Assembly: GCF_000010065.1 (NCBI RefSeq)
Contig: NC_006576.1
Location: forward strand, 1,800,001 to 1,832,000
From: Synechococcus elongatus PCC 6301
GTDB lineage: Bacteria > Cyanobacteriota > Cyanobacteriia > Synechococcales > Synechococcaceae
Direction of reading: 5' to 3'
DNA: 32,000 nucleotides
Shown: positions 10,303 to 19,396 of the stretch, piece after piece
How positions within the stretch are numbered: position 1 is the first letter of the stretch
Layout: the number at the start of each line of letters is the position of its first letter
Translations under genes and position numbers: made by a program
Notes under the pieces: generated by a model
What the model saw: only the letters and a program-made list of their open reading frames with translations
Databases searched by the model: none
What the model was told of the DNA's origin: nothing

Positions 10303-10907
10303 CTCGATCCTTCCAATGACTCAGGGATCGACGGAGGTGCAGGCAGCGTCACATCTTCATAGAGATCGCTCAGCCGCACTTCCAGGCCAATACTCCGCAG
10401 AGGCAAAACTTCAGCGTTCGGTAAATAGAACTGCAACGTCCAGACTCCCTCGAGGCTCCGCCGGAAGCAGTCCACCCGCTGGCGGCTGGTGCTAATCAGA
10501 ACATATTCCTCTAGCGTTTCAAGCGTTTGATAATCAGCAAATTTATCGCCGCGATCGAAGGCTTCGGTACTAGGCGACAGCACTTCGACAATCAATTTCG
10601 GAAAACGTTTGTAGTTGACTGTCTCTTGATCGCGAGGATCACAGGTCACCAACAGATCGGGGTAGTAGATGCAGTTAGCCTGCTGTAACCAAACTTGCAT
10701 GGCTGAGCAGTAGACCCGATCGCTGCTACCGCAAACATGACTCCGAATCAAGGCGACCCAATTGCCGACAATTGTGTTGTGAACGTCGGTGATATCGGCC
10801 ATCGCGTAGACTTCACCAGCCCGATATTCGTGCTTGATCTCACTCGCTGCTTCGAACTGGAGATATTCAGCGACTGACAAAGGATGCGCCTGCGGAACAG
10901 CCACCAT
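10299..10907 (-). CDS. Uma2 family (DUF820) putative PD-(D/E)XK endonuclease
   Basis: EYLQFEAASEIKHEYRAGEVYAM..., YYPDLLVTCDPRD, FPKLIVEVLSPSTEAFDRGDKFADYQTLETLEEYVLI. Confidence 0.88.
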   Translation of the reverse strand: MVAVPQAHPLSVAEYLQFEAASEIKHEYRAGEVYAMADITDVHNTIVGNWVALIRSHVCGSSDRVYCSAMQVWLQQANCIYYPDLLVTCDPRDQETVNYKRFPKLIVEVLSPSTEAFDRGDKFADYQTLETLEEYVLISTSRQRVDCFRRSLEGVWTLQFYLPNAEVLPLRSIGLEVRLSDLYEDVTLPAPPSIPESLEGSR

Positions 10908-11072
10908 GGTTGGGGTCTCCTGCTTGGCCTGATCTTGGCATAGGCAAAACGTGATCGCGGTCCGTTCTCTTTGTCGAGATTCAGACTGGACGTTTGTAAA
11001 TCCTTCCTAAGGCTGCTGCCACAAATCAAAACGGCTGTTGATGACGTGGGCAATCCGTTGCGATCGCCCGCT

Positions 11073-14000
11073 ATGCTACCCCTTCCGTTGGATCTTCGCG
11101 TTGATCCAGATGATCCTCGGGTTCTGGAGGGTTTAGACGCGCTGCTCCAGCTCCAATTAATTGATCATGACCAGGTTTTACAGGTGGCGCGGCGCTACCT
11201 CAGCAGTCCTCTGCCAGTTCCCAAGGTTGCCCCAGTCGCTGCGATTACCCCTGCTTCGGTGCGGCAGCCGGTTCCCCAAGCTCGCTCACGCCCCAAGCAA
11301 CCTTCACGCTGGCAACGGGTTTGGGCTAGCTTTGCTGATGAGCTCAGCGTGCGCTGGCTCCTTTTCCTTGGCGTTTTTCTCGTTGTGCTCTCGTCTGGGG
11401 TTTTAGTCGCAACCCAGTGGACTTACTTTCCCGCGATCGCCCAATACCTAGTGCTGTGGAGCTACACCCTGCTGTTTTGGGGTTGCAGTCGCTGGGCGGC
11501 ACGACAGTCGAATCTGACGCTGACAGCCACCAGTCTCGAAGCCGTTGCGCTGTTGCTCTTGCCCTTCAACTTCTGGGCGATCGATGGCTTGGTCATTCGT
11601 AGTGAAGGCCCAGGGCTTGCCCTGCTTTCCAGTGCACTCGCCATTCTCGCTGCTGGGATTCTGCTAGCGATCGCCCATCGCACCTATCGCCAAAGTGATT
11701 ATGCACCCCCATTGTTTTGGAGTTTGATCGGTCTGCTGCTCTGTCAACTGGGTTGGCAAACGGTCTGGCCCGCACAGTGGGCGGTTTATGGCGCTGTGCT
11801 GCTCTGTCTCGGCTTACTACCTAACTGGGCTGGAAAGAGTAGTGAGGGATTACCTCGGTCAGGGCAAGTCTGGAGTCTATTTGCCCTCGGCGTGATTCTT
11901 TTGAGGGCGATCGCAGCGGAATCGGTGCCGATTTCTAGCTTGGGCATTGCGATCGCTCTGCTGGGCTGGTTGCTCTGGAGCGAACCCCGGCGAGCAGGAT
12001 TGGGCAAAGACAGCTTGGAGCGGCTGGGGGCAGGACTGATTCTGCTGGCTTGGTGGGTCACTATCGGCTGGGATGCTTGGCAGGCTTTGGGTGTCACGGC
12101 GATCGCGGAAATCTGTCTGGTTCAACGCCTGAAATTAACTCGTCGTAGTTGGACACTCATTGTGCTGTTTGGCATCGGACTACTGGGCTGCTTGCTGCTC
12201 GAACCCGTCATTCCTGAGACTTGGCGACAGGGATTTGTTCTGATGGTGGCGCAAGATCCCGAAATTCCCCTCACGGTCTACAGCCTGACGCTACTGCCCT
12301 ACGTCTTGATCTGGCTGGGAGTTGCGCTGAGCTTGGGGTGGCGTTGGCAACAGTCCCGCCTTTCCCGAGTTGCTGAACAACTGGCTTTTGGGCTGGGTGT
12401 AGTGCTGGCGTTGCTCAGTCTGTTTGACCCTTGGCTGCGATCGCTGGTTTGGACGACGGACGCCCTACTACTGGCCGGATTCACCTACGGCAGTCGGCCG
12501 CAATGGCGACCGCGCCTGCTGACCTTGACCTATTGGACGGGATTGATTGCGATCGTCTTTTGGGTCAGCACACTCACTAATTGGTCGACCCTCTTGCCTT
12601 GGGGCGTCTTCACCGGAGCGATCGCCCTGAGCCAGCTGGGGCTGATGGCTTGGCGGCCCCGCTCTGCTCATCATCAGCACTGGTGGCGGCAATTTCAAGC
12701 CGGGGCGCTGCTGCTGTCTGTCAGTAGTGCCCTGCTGTTAGGCCTCAACTTTGAGACGCCTCTGGCGATCGTCCTGCTTTGGTTCCTCTTGCCGTTGGGC
12801 TGGACGGGACTGGCTGCACGCTTCCCGAAACCGCGATCGCGACGACGACGGCTGGCGTTGACTAGCAGTCTCTTGCTGGGCTTGGGCTGTCTGCTGGCAG
12901 CGGTCATCACACTGGAGTCAAGCAACCCCTTACGGGTGCTCCAGCTGGCATTCTTGCTGGCCAGCCTAATTCAGGTCGCCAATGTCAGGTTTTTCCCTGT
13001 TCTGCCGCAGGCGGTCTATCACGGGGGGTTACTGCTCTGCCTAGAAGGGCTAATCCTGCTGCGCTGGCCGATCGCCCAGCACTGGTGGACAGTCGGAGCA
13101 TTCACCGTTGGGGTGCTCTGGCTCCTGCGAACTCAAGTTCAGCGTCTCCGTAATCTTTTGGGGCGCATCTACAGTCGCGCGGCGGCTGGCTGGGGATTGG
13201 CGATCGCGATTGCCCTACTGGTCAGCTACCTCCCGCTTTATGTTCTGGGGCGATTCAGTCTGGTGGCGACTGCAACCTCTGCAGCGGCAAGTACGGCTTT
13301 TTGGATTTTGAGTGCAGTCACGATCGCTCGCTACTGGCGACGACCGACGTCCGTGGGTGTGGTTCTCTGGGCAGTCACGACGCAATGGGCGATTGCCGCT
13401 ACGGCGCAGTCCTTGGTCAGCTCTGGCTCTGAGGTTGCTTGGTCCCTCGCAATCGCCAACCTACTGCTGGCGGGGGTCAGTGTTGGATCGATCCCGTTCC
13501 TGCCCCCTCGCTTCAGCCGCATAAGTCTGGTGCGTTGGTTGCCCCTGCTGGCCGTTGGCCTCGGATTAGTCTGGCGACTTGGGCTCTTTAATGCCTACAG
13601 CGGTGCCACTGAATTACTGGCGGCAACAGTGATCTTCACTCAGCATCGTCAAGAAATCCAACGGCAGGCCCGTCATTGGAGCTCGAGGCTGCTGCGGCTA
13701 CTGGGTTTTGTGCTGATTTCCTGCGGACTCTACGAGCTTCTGATCTATGCCCTGTTGCAAAGCCAAGGCGGAAATCCAATCGATGGTCTGCTCCTGCTCT
13801 CGCTCTTGGGCATTGCGATCGCGATTGTTTATCGCAGCCTTGTTGCTTGGCGATCGCGATCGGCACCTAGCTTCTACGCCATCCCGCTCCCAAACTGGCG
13901 GCTAGCGGCCCACTTGCATTGGGGGCTGGCGAGCTTCATCCAACTGTTGACGCTGCCTGTCTTTCTGTTTTCGCAACCGGTAGGGTCAACGCTGAATCTG

Positions 14001-14738
14001 GCCGTTTGTCTCCTGTTGGCCAGTTATGCCTGGTTGCAAGCTCGGTTCTCTCCTGAGCGATCGCCCAGTCACTGGAGTCAGCTCTGGGTCTACGTTGGTT
14101 GCCTAGAAGCGATCGGCAGTGCTGTGCAACTCCGTTTGCTCTGGCCTGAGCTGGCAGTGCTAGATCCCATTCGCGTTTTGCTGATCGCGCTGCTGAGCCT
14201 AGCGATGTTGCAGTTCCCTTGGGCGCGCTTTGGCTGGCAGGCGGCTCCTTGGCATCGGGTTGCTGTTTGCCTGCCGATTGTGGCTTTGCTGGCCGATGCT
14301 CTCAACAGTACCTATCTGGGTTTGATTGCTGTTGGTCTGTTTTATGTTCGAGTGGCATTCCTCTACGATGCGATCCGCTGGACTTACATCAGCTTGTTGG
14401 TCGTCAATTGGATTTTCGGGAAGCTCTCATCGGATTTGGTGACCAATGAGCCCCTGATTCCAGCGATGCATCTTGGCTTGTCCATCCTCTACATCGCGCA
14501 AGTAGATCCGGCTCTGGTGAAACCTCAGGCGCGATCGCTCCGCCATTTCATTCGCATCCTCGGTAGCGGTCTAATCTGTCTGACCGCGTTGCTGTTCTAC
14601 CGTGAGACTGGTTTCACGCCGATTCTGGTCAGCCTCCTGACGGTGCTGTTGGGGTTGGGGTTGCAAATTCGCGCCCTCCTCTACGTCGGCACCAGCACAT
14701 TTGTGTTGACTGGGGCCTATCACCTAACCTGTGGATGA
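11073..14738 (+). CDS. Very large polytopic membrane protein of unknown function (about 1221 aa)
   Basis: Continuous ORF with a soluble basic/Pro-rich N-terminus, then many consecutive hydrophobic segments to the C-terminus. Track start is 10971; the internal Met at 11073 (MLPLPLDLRVDPDDPRVLEGLDALLQL) looks more likely. Confidence 0.85.
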   Translation: MLPLPLDLRVDPDDPRVLEGLDALLQLQLIDHDQVLQVARRYLSSPLPVPKVAPVAAITPASVRQPVPQARSRPKQPSRWQRVWASFADELSVRWLLFLGVFLVVLSSGVLVATQWTYFPAIAQYLVLWSYTLLFWGCSRWAARQSNLTLTATSLEAVALLLLPFNFWAIDGLVIRSEGPGLALLSSALAILAAGILLAIAHRTYRQSDYAPPLFWSLIGLLLCQLGWQTVWPAQWAVYGAVLLCLGLLPNWAGKSSEGLPRSGQVWSLFALGVILLRAIAAESVPISSLGIAIALLGWLLWSEPRRAGLGKDSLERLGAGLILLAWWVTIGWDAWQALGVTAIAEICLVQRLKLTRRSWTLIVLFGIGLLGCLLLEPVIPETWRQGFVLMVAQDPEIPLTVYSLTLLPYVLIWLGVALSLGWRWQQSRLSRVAEQLAFGLGVVLALLSLFDPWLRSLVWTTDALLLAGFTYGSRPQWRPRLLTLTYWTGLIAIVFWVSTLTNWSTLLPWGVFTGAIALSQLGLMAWRPRSAHHQHWWRQFQAGALLLSVSSALLLGLNFETPLAIVLLWFLLPLGWTGLAARFPKPRSRRRRLALTSSLLLGLGCLLAAVITLESSNPLRVLQLAFLLASLIQVANVRFFPVLPQAVYHGGLLLCLEGLILLRWPIAQHWWTVGAFTVGVLWLLRTQVQRLRNLLGRIYSRAAAGWGLAIAIALLVSYLPLYVLGRFSLVATATSAAASTAFWILSAVTIARYWRRPTSVGVVLWAVTTQWAIAATAQSLVSSGSEVAWSLAIANLLLAGVSVGSIPFLPPRFSRISLVRWLPLLAVGLGLVWRLGLFNAYSGATELLAATVIFTQHRQEIQRQARHWSSRLLRLLGFVLISCGLYELLIYALLQSQGGNPIDGLLLLSLLGIAIAIVYRSLVAWRSRSAPSFYAIPLPNWRLAAHLHWGLASFIQLLTLPVFLFSQPVGSTLNLAVCLLLASYAWLQARFSPERSPSHWSQLWVYVGCLEAIGSAVQLRLLWPELAVLDPIRVLLIALLSLAMLQFPWARFGWQAAPWHRVAVCLPIVALLADALNSTYLGLIAVGLFYVRVAFLYDAIRWTYISLLVVNWIFGKLSSDLVTNEPLIPAMHLGLSILYIAQVDPALVKPQARSLRHFIRILGSGLICLTALLFYRETGFTPILVSLLTVLLGLGLQIRALLYVGTSTFVLTGAYHLTCG

Positions 14739-14881
14739 CGAGTGATGCCTTTGCCAAATGGGTGGCGGGGTTAGTGATTGGCATTGTCCTGATTAGTCTG
14801 GCCGCCAACTTCGAGCGACATCGCTTGCAAATCACCAAAACCACACAATCTCTGAAAGAGCGGCTTACCTCTTGGGAATAG
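14735..14881 (+). CDS. 48-aa single-TM small protein (not in supplied ORF track)
   Basis: ATGACGAGT...GAATAG encodes MTSDAFAKWVAGLVIGIVLISLAANFERHRLQITKTTQSLKERLTSWE; its ATG overlaps the upstream stop as ATGA (14735-14738). Confidence 0.6.
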   Translation: MTSDAFAKWVAGLVIGIVLISLAANFERHRLQITKTTQSLKERLTSWE

Positions 14882-14914
14882 CAGGTCGCGATCGCCCCAT
14901 GCTTTGATCCAGAG

Positions 14915-16060
14915 ATGGACACAGCAGCAGATTGGCAGCAAGAGGGTGCTGCACGATTTCAGCAGAAAACTGCTTTTTTTCGCCCTCAAGCCCGTCCAGC
15001 GCGGGATTTGGGTGTTTTGGCGGCTGCGATCGAGCGGCGGCGTCTGGGATCGCTCAACTTATTGGAAACGATGGCAGGCTGTGGGGTGCGGAGCCTGCGC
15101 TATGCCCTGGAAGCCAAAGTCGATCGCCTAGTGGTCAGTGATGCCGACCCAGAGTTGCAACCATTGCTCCAGCAGAATCTGGCCCCGATCGCGAGCGATC
15201 GCATCGATCTGCGCTGTGATTCCGCTCGTCGTCTCTTTGCCGAAGCCTTTGCCCAGCAGCAGTTCTATGACTTTGTTGATGTCGATGCCTTCGGAACCGC
15301 CAGCGAGCATCTAGCCAGTGCATGGGATGCGGTCAAAGTCGGTGGCTGTCTTTATTTCACGGCCACTGATGGGCGATCGCTCAGCGGCCACGATTGCGAT
15401 TTGGCCTTTCGTGCCTACGGCGTTTGGGCGCGTAGCCACCCCAGCATTCCTGAGCAAGGACTGCGCCTCCTGATTGCGGCGCTACAGCAGCAAGCTTGGC
15501 AGCGGGGCTTTGGGATTCAACCACTGTTTTCCTATTTTTCTGGACAAGCCTTTCGCCTATTGATTCGTCTTCTGCCCAGCACCGGCAAAGTTAATCAACA
15601 AGGCTGGCTCGGCTATTGCCACTATTGCGGCCAATACCAAGTACGTCCTTGGCGACAACTCAGCCCGGCTGCTCTGCAATGCCCAGAGGACGGACAGCCT
15701 CTCGCTCTGACAGGCCCGCTTTGGATTGGCCCCGTGCATAACGTGACCTATCTACAATCCCTGCAGCAGCAAGCGATCGCCTGGAATTGGACAGCGATCG
15801 CGGACTTATTAGCGCAATTCCAAGCCGAAGCAACCCTGCCGCCCTACTGCTACACCCTCGGGGAAATCGGGCGGCGTGGCCGACAGGATCCTCCTGCGCG
15901 ATCGCGGCTGATTCAATCGCTGCAAACAGCAGGCTTTGCGGCAGCCGGTAGTCACACCCAACCCCAAGCCTTTAAGACCGATGCCCCATGGGCGACCTGT
16001 CTAGCGCTGTCTCGATCGCTCGTAATCGGCGATGCAAACAGCGGTGAATCTGCGTGCTAG
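14915..16060 (+). CDS. Trm1-family tRNA (guanine-N2)-dimethyltransferase
   Basis: EGAARFQQKTAFFRPQARPARDLGVLAAAIER..., LLETMAGCGVRSLRYALEA, FVDVDAFGTASEHL, ATDGRSLSG, zinc-ligand-like CHYCGQYQ. Confidence 0.85.
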   Translation: MDTAADWQQEGAARFQQKTAFFRPQARPARDLGVLAAAIERRRLGSLNLLETMAGCGVRSLRYALEAKVDRLVVSDADPELQPLLQQNLAPIASDRIDLRCDSARRLFAEAFAQQQFYDFVDVDAFGTASEHLASAWDAVKVGGCLYFTATDGRSLSGHDCDLAFRAYGVWARSHPSIPEQGLRLLIAALQQQAWQRGFGIQPLFSYFSGQAFRLLIRLLPSTGKVNQQGWLGYCHYCGQYQVRPWRQLSPAALQCPEDGQPLALTGPLWIGPVHNVTYLQSLQQQAIAWNWTAIADLLAQFQAEATLPPYCYTLGEIGRRGRQDPPARSRLIQSLQTAGFAAAGSHTQPQAFKTDAPWATCLALSRSLVIGDANSGESAC

Positions 16061-16098
16061 GTTGATCGTCAAATGATTCCCATCCCCCTGCCTCGCTC

Positions 16099-16749
16099 GT
16101 GAATATTCTGACGCTGTTCCAAAAAGGCGGCCTTGCGATGCTGCCGCTGACTGGCCTGTCGATCTTGGCATTGGGTACCATCTTTGAGCGGGCTTGGTTC
16201 TGGTACGCCCTCCTCAAGCAAGAGAGCCAGATCGTCCATCGGGTCTTGGATGCTGCTGACCAAGATTGGGACTTAGCGGCAGAAGTTGCCAGTCGGGCTA
16301 AGAATTCACCGATCGGGCGTTTCCTCGCGGCTCCGTTGCAGTTACAGCAGCCCGATCCAGAGCTCTTCCGGCTTGCCCTAGAGGCCTCCGCTGAAGAAGA
16401 ACTTGCCAACATGCGGCGTGGCGACAAGCTGCTAGAGGCAGTGATCGCAATTTCGCCGCTCTTGGGACTGTTGGGAACCGTCTTGGGTCTGATTCAAACC
16501 CTCGGCAACCTGCGGATTGGTGATTTGGGCAGTTCCTCGACTGCTGGCGTGAGCGCTGGGATCGGAGAAGCCTTGATCACTACAGCCACTGGCTTGATCG
16601 TGGCGATCGTCGCTTTGGCCGCCTATCGAGTCTTCCAAGGACTCATTGTTCAGCAAATGAAAGTCTTCCGGCGGGCGGGCAATCAACTCGAACTGATGTA
16701 TCGCCAAGCTTGGGCACGGCGTGGCCTCCCCAGCCAGCCGCTCCGCTAG
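16099..16749 (+). CDS. MotA/TolQ/ExbB proton channel family protein
   Basis: [70 protein letters not shown]. Confidence 0.92.
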   Translation: MNILTLFQKGGLAMLPLTGLSILALGTIFERAWFWYALLKQESQIVHRVLDAADQDWDLAAEVASRAKNSPIGRFLAAPLQLQQPDPELFRLALEASAEEELANMRRGDKLLEAVIAISPLLGLLGTVLGLIQTLGNLRIGDLGSSSTAGVSAGIGEALITTATGLIVAIVALAAYRVFQGLIVQQMKVFRRAGNQLELMYRQAWARRGLPSQPLR

Positions 16750-16752
16750 TCA

Positions 16753-17229
16753 GTGACCGGTCATTCTTCACGAGTCAGACGGATGAAAATTCCTGCCGAA
16801 AATGCCGAGTCAGAAGCTCGGATTGAGATGTTGCCACTGATCGACGTGGTCTTCTGCATCCTGATCTTCTTCATCTTGGCGACCCTACAACTGACCCGAC
16901 AATCTGCTCTCGACATCACCCTGCCCCAGTCCAGCACCAGTCGACTGCAGGAACGACAGACCCTCCTGATCAGCTTGGATGCCGCTGGGCAACCCTACGT
17001 CGATTCCCAGCCTGTGACGCCGGAGCAACTGCGGCTGGTGCTTGTTGGCTTCAACCGCACCAATCCCAATGGTTCGATGCTGCTTTACGCCGATGGCAGT
17101 GCTGCCTATCGTGACATCGTGACTGTCTTGGATGCGATGCGGGCTGTCGGAGGCGATCGCGTTGCCCTTGCAACGGAACCGGCCGATTTGCAGCGATCGC
17201 CCCAACTGGTTCCTACTCCTCTCCCGTAG
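16753..17229 (+). CDS. ExbD/TolR family biopolymer transport protein
   Basis: IEMLPLIDVVFCILIFFILAT transmembrane motif and periplasmic domain. Starts with GTG at 16753, or possibly ATG at 16783. Confidence 0.9.
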   Translation: MTGHSSRVRRMKIPAENAESEARIEMLPLIDVVFCILIFFILATLQLTRQSALDITLPQSSTSRLQERQTLLISLDAAGQPYVDSQPVTPEQLRLVLVGFNRTNPNGSMLLYADGSAAYRDIVTVLDAMRAVGGDRVALATEPADLQRSPQLVPTPLP

Positions 17230-18055
17230 CGATCGCATTCTCGGGATCACTGCACCAGTCACTCCAGCTACCGGCATAGAGTTGAGCAGGCGATCGCCCG
17301 GCCAGTTCCCAAGAGAGCAGGTTGACGCAGGCGGTGACGCCGGAGCCACAGTAGATGATCGGTTGCACAGCAGTGGAGAGATGCTGCCAGCGCTGCTGTT
17401 GCTCACTGGGCAATCGCCAGTAACCCTTCTCATCCAGCGCCTCTTTCCAAACGGCGAGCTGCGCCCCGGGAATGTGACCCGCCACGGGATCAATCGGCTC
17501 CCGGTCACCTCGGTAGCGGTCGGCTTCGCGAGAATCAATCAGAACCTGTCCCCTCGCTTGAGCGACTTTTAGACCTACCGCATCAACGACCCAGCCAGTC
17601 TGAGGATGCGGCTGGAATTTTGCTGGGGCGATCGCTGGAATATCGGTTACTAGTTCACCCCCGATCGCTTGCCAAGCCGCCAATCCGCCATCTAAAACCG
17701 CGACACGCTCATGACCGAGGTAGCGCAGTAGCCACCAAAGCCGGCTGGCAAAGGCTGAGAAGCTGGCATCGTAGGCGACAACTAAGGTTGCTGGATCCGA
17801 GCTGATGCCGATCGCCCCTAAGCGTGCTGCCAAAGCCTCAATGTCTGGCAGAGGATGACGACCGCCGCGATCGCCCTTGGGAGCGGAGAGATCTTGCTCC
17901 AAATCTAGATAGACTGCGCCGGGTAGATGACCTTGCTGGTACTGGTCACGACCCTGCTGAGGCTGCATCAGGTCGAAGCGGCAGTCGACAAGACAGAGAT
18001 CGTTATCGTGGAGATGCGCTTGCAGCCATTCAGCGGAGACCAAGGGCGAAGACAT
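17213..18055 (-). CDS. Sulfurtransferase (rhodanese, thiosulfate/3-mercaptopyruvate type)
   Basis: Two rhodanese domains; LVDCRFDL...GHLPGAVYLDLEQDLS; active-site loop YCGSGVTAC. Confidence 0.93.
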   Translation of the reverse strand: MSSPLVSAEWLQAHLHDNDLCLVDCRFDLMQPQQGRDQYQQGHLPGAVYLDLEQDLSAPKGDRGGRHPLPDIEALAARLGAIGISSDPATLVVAYDASFSAFASRLWWLLRYLGHERVAVLDGGLAAWQAIGGELVTDIPAIAPAKFQPHPQTGWVVDAVGLKVAQARGQVLIDSREADRYRGDREPIDPVAGHIPGAQLAVWKEALDEKGYWRLPSEQQQRWQHLSTAVQPIIYCGSGVTACVNLLSWELAGRSPAQLYAGSWSDWCSDPENAIATGEE

Positions 18056-18133
18056 GGGCGGTGAGGGCAGAAATCTGGCATAGAATACCCAGAGATTGAT
18101 TGCGCAGCGTCACTAAAAGGAGCAGGGGTCCAC

Positions 18134-18247
18134 ATGGCCGGAGAAATCTTTGGAACCGCGTTTCTCTTCATCGTGTTGGTGCCCGTAGGCTTGGCACTGG
18201 GAGCCTTCCTGCTGAAAGTGCAAGGCGTTCAAAAAGCCGAAAAATAA
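18134..18247 (+). CDS. petM: Cytochrome b6-f complex subunit 7 (PetM)
   Basis: 37-aa ORF MAGEIFGTAFLFIVLVPVGLALGAFLLKVQGVQKAEK, single TM with the PetM-type C-terminal LLKVQG. Upstream TAGAAT at 18081-18086 could be a -10 box. Not in the supplied track. Confidence 0.85.
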   Translation: MAGEIFGTAFLFIVLVPVGLALGAFLLKVQGVQKAEK

Positions 18248-18273
18248 GTCCCAGCGCTCCTAAGCTGAGGCCG

Positions 18274-18297
18274 GCCCCTCCTAATCAGAGGGGCTTT
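18274..18297 (+). terminator. Hairpin downstream of petM (GCCCCTC-CTAATCA-GAGGGGC followed by TTT)
   Basis: 7-bp perfect stem at 18274-18280 / 18288-18294, then TTTCT. Confidence 0.7.
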
Positions 18298-18365
18298 CTG
18301 CTGTGTGGGTGCGATCGCAATTCTGATAACATCTTAAGAACTGTTAACAATCTTGCCCTGATCCC

Positions 18366-19328
18366 ATGGATGTCCTCGTTGTTGGTGCTACGGGTACTCT
18401 CGGTCGGCAGATTGCCCGCCGAGCCCTCGACGAAGGCCACCGGGTTCGTTGCCTCGTCCGCAGCCCTAAGCGCGGCAACTTTCTGCGGGAATGGGGCTGT
18501 GATCTGGTGCGGGGCGATCTGACCCAGCCAGAAAGTCTTACTTTTGCCCTAGAGGGGATAGAGGCCGTCATCGATGCGGCCACCACGCGATCTACAGATT
18601 CCCTCAGCTGCTATGACGTCGATTGGCAGGGCAAAGTCAACCTGATCAAGGCGGCTACAGAAGCCGGTGTGCAGCGGTTTGTCTTCTGCTCGATCATTGA
18701 CGCTGAGAAGCACCGCGATGTGCCGCTAATGGACATCAAGTACTGCACTGAGGAATTCCTGAGGCAGTCGGGGCTTAATTACACAATCCTGCGGCTGGCG
18801 GGCTTTATGCAGGGTTTGATTGCCGAGTTTGCGATCCCCGTGCTGGAAGGTCGCACCGCCCTTATCACCCAAGATTCCGACCCGATCGCCTACCTCAGTA
18901 CTCTTGATATCGCCCGCTTTGCCGTTGCTGCATTGACCACGCCCGCCACTGAGAAGCAAACCCTGCCGGTTGTGGGTCCTAAAGCTTGGAGCGGACTTGA
19001 AATTTTCCGACTCTGCGAACGGCTGAGCGGCAAGGAAACGAAGATTGCCCGTCTGCCCTTGGCAACGGTGAGTGCAATGAAGCGCTTCTTCCGCTTCTTC
19101 CAGTGGGGCTGGAATATCGCCGATCGCTTGGCCTTTAGTGAAGTGATGGCTTGCGGCCGCCCCTTCACGGCAGACATGGCAGCCACATACACCGCTTTCG
19201 GCATTGATCCTGCTGAGATCACAGGCTTGGAGAGCTACCTGAACGACTACTTCTCGGTGATGCTGCGCCGCTTGAAAGAGCTGGAGTTCGACCAGAAAAA
19301 AGACAAGAAAAAGAAAGTGCCGTTCTAA
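18366..19328 (+). CDS. ycf39: NAD(P)-binding NmrA/SDR-like protein, Ycf39 family (photosystem II assembly factor)
   Basis: MDVLVVGATGTLGRQIARRALDEGHRVRCLVR...WGCDLVRGDL...DIKYCTEEFLRQSGLNYTILRLAGFMQGLI. Confidence 0.92.
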   Translation: MDVLVVGATGTLGRQIARRALDEGHRVRCLVRSPKRGNFLREWGCDLVRGDLTQPESLTFALEGIEAVIDAATTRSTDSLSCYDVDWQGKVNLIKAATEAGVQRFVFCSIIDAEKHRDVPLMDIKYCTEEFLRQSGLNYTILRLAGFMQGLIAEFAIPVLEGRTALITQDSDPIAYLSTLDIARFAVAALTTPATEKQTLPVVGPKAWSGLEIFRLCERLSGKETKIARLPLATVSAMKRFFRFFQWGWNIADRLAFSEVMACGRPFTADMAATYTAFGIDPAEITGLESYLNDYFSVMLRRLKELEFDQKKDKKKKVPF

Positions 19329-19396
19329 ATCGATCGCGGCGATCGCCAAATCAACACTCCTGGGGCACCCTGTAAAAATCTTCCTCAGAGAAAAAG

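Noticed and set aside
16885-17538. 217-aa minus-strand ORF across the ExbD and rhodanese genes
   Set aside because: Overlaps two well-supported genes in another frame and has no domain-like features.
18056-18133. Possible bidirectional promoter between the rhodanese gene and petM
   Set aside because: Only a plausible -10 (TAGAAT) on the + strand is visible, without a good -35 or a minus-strand box, so it is not listed as a separate feature.
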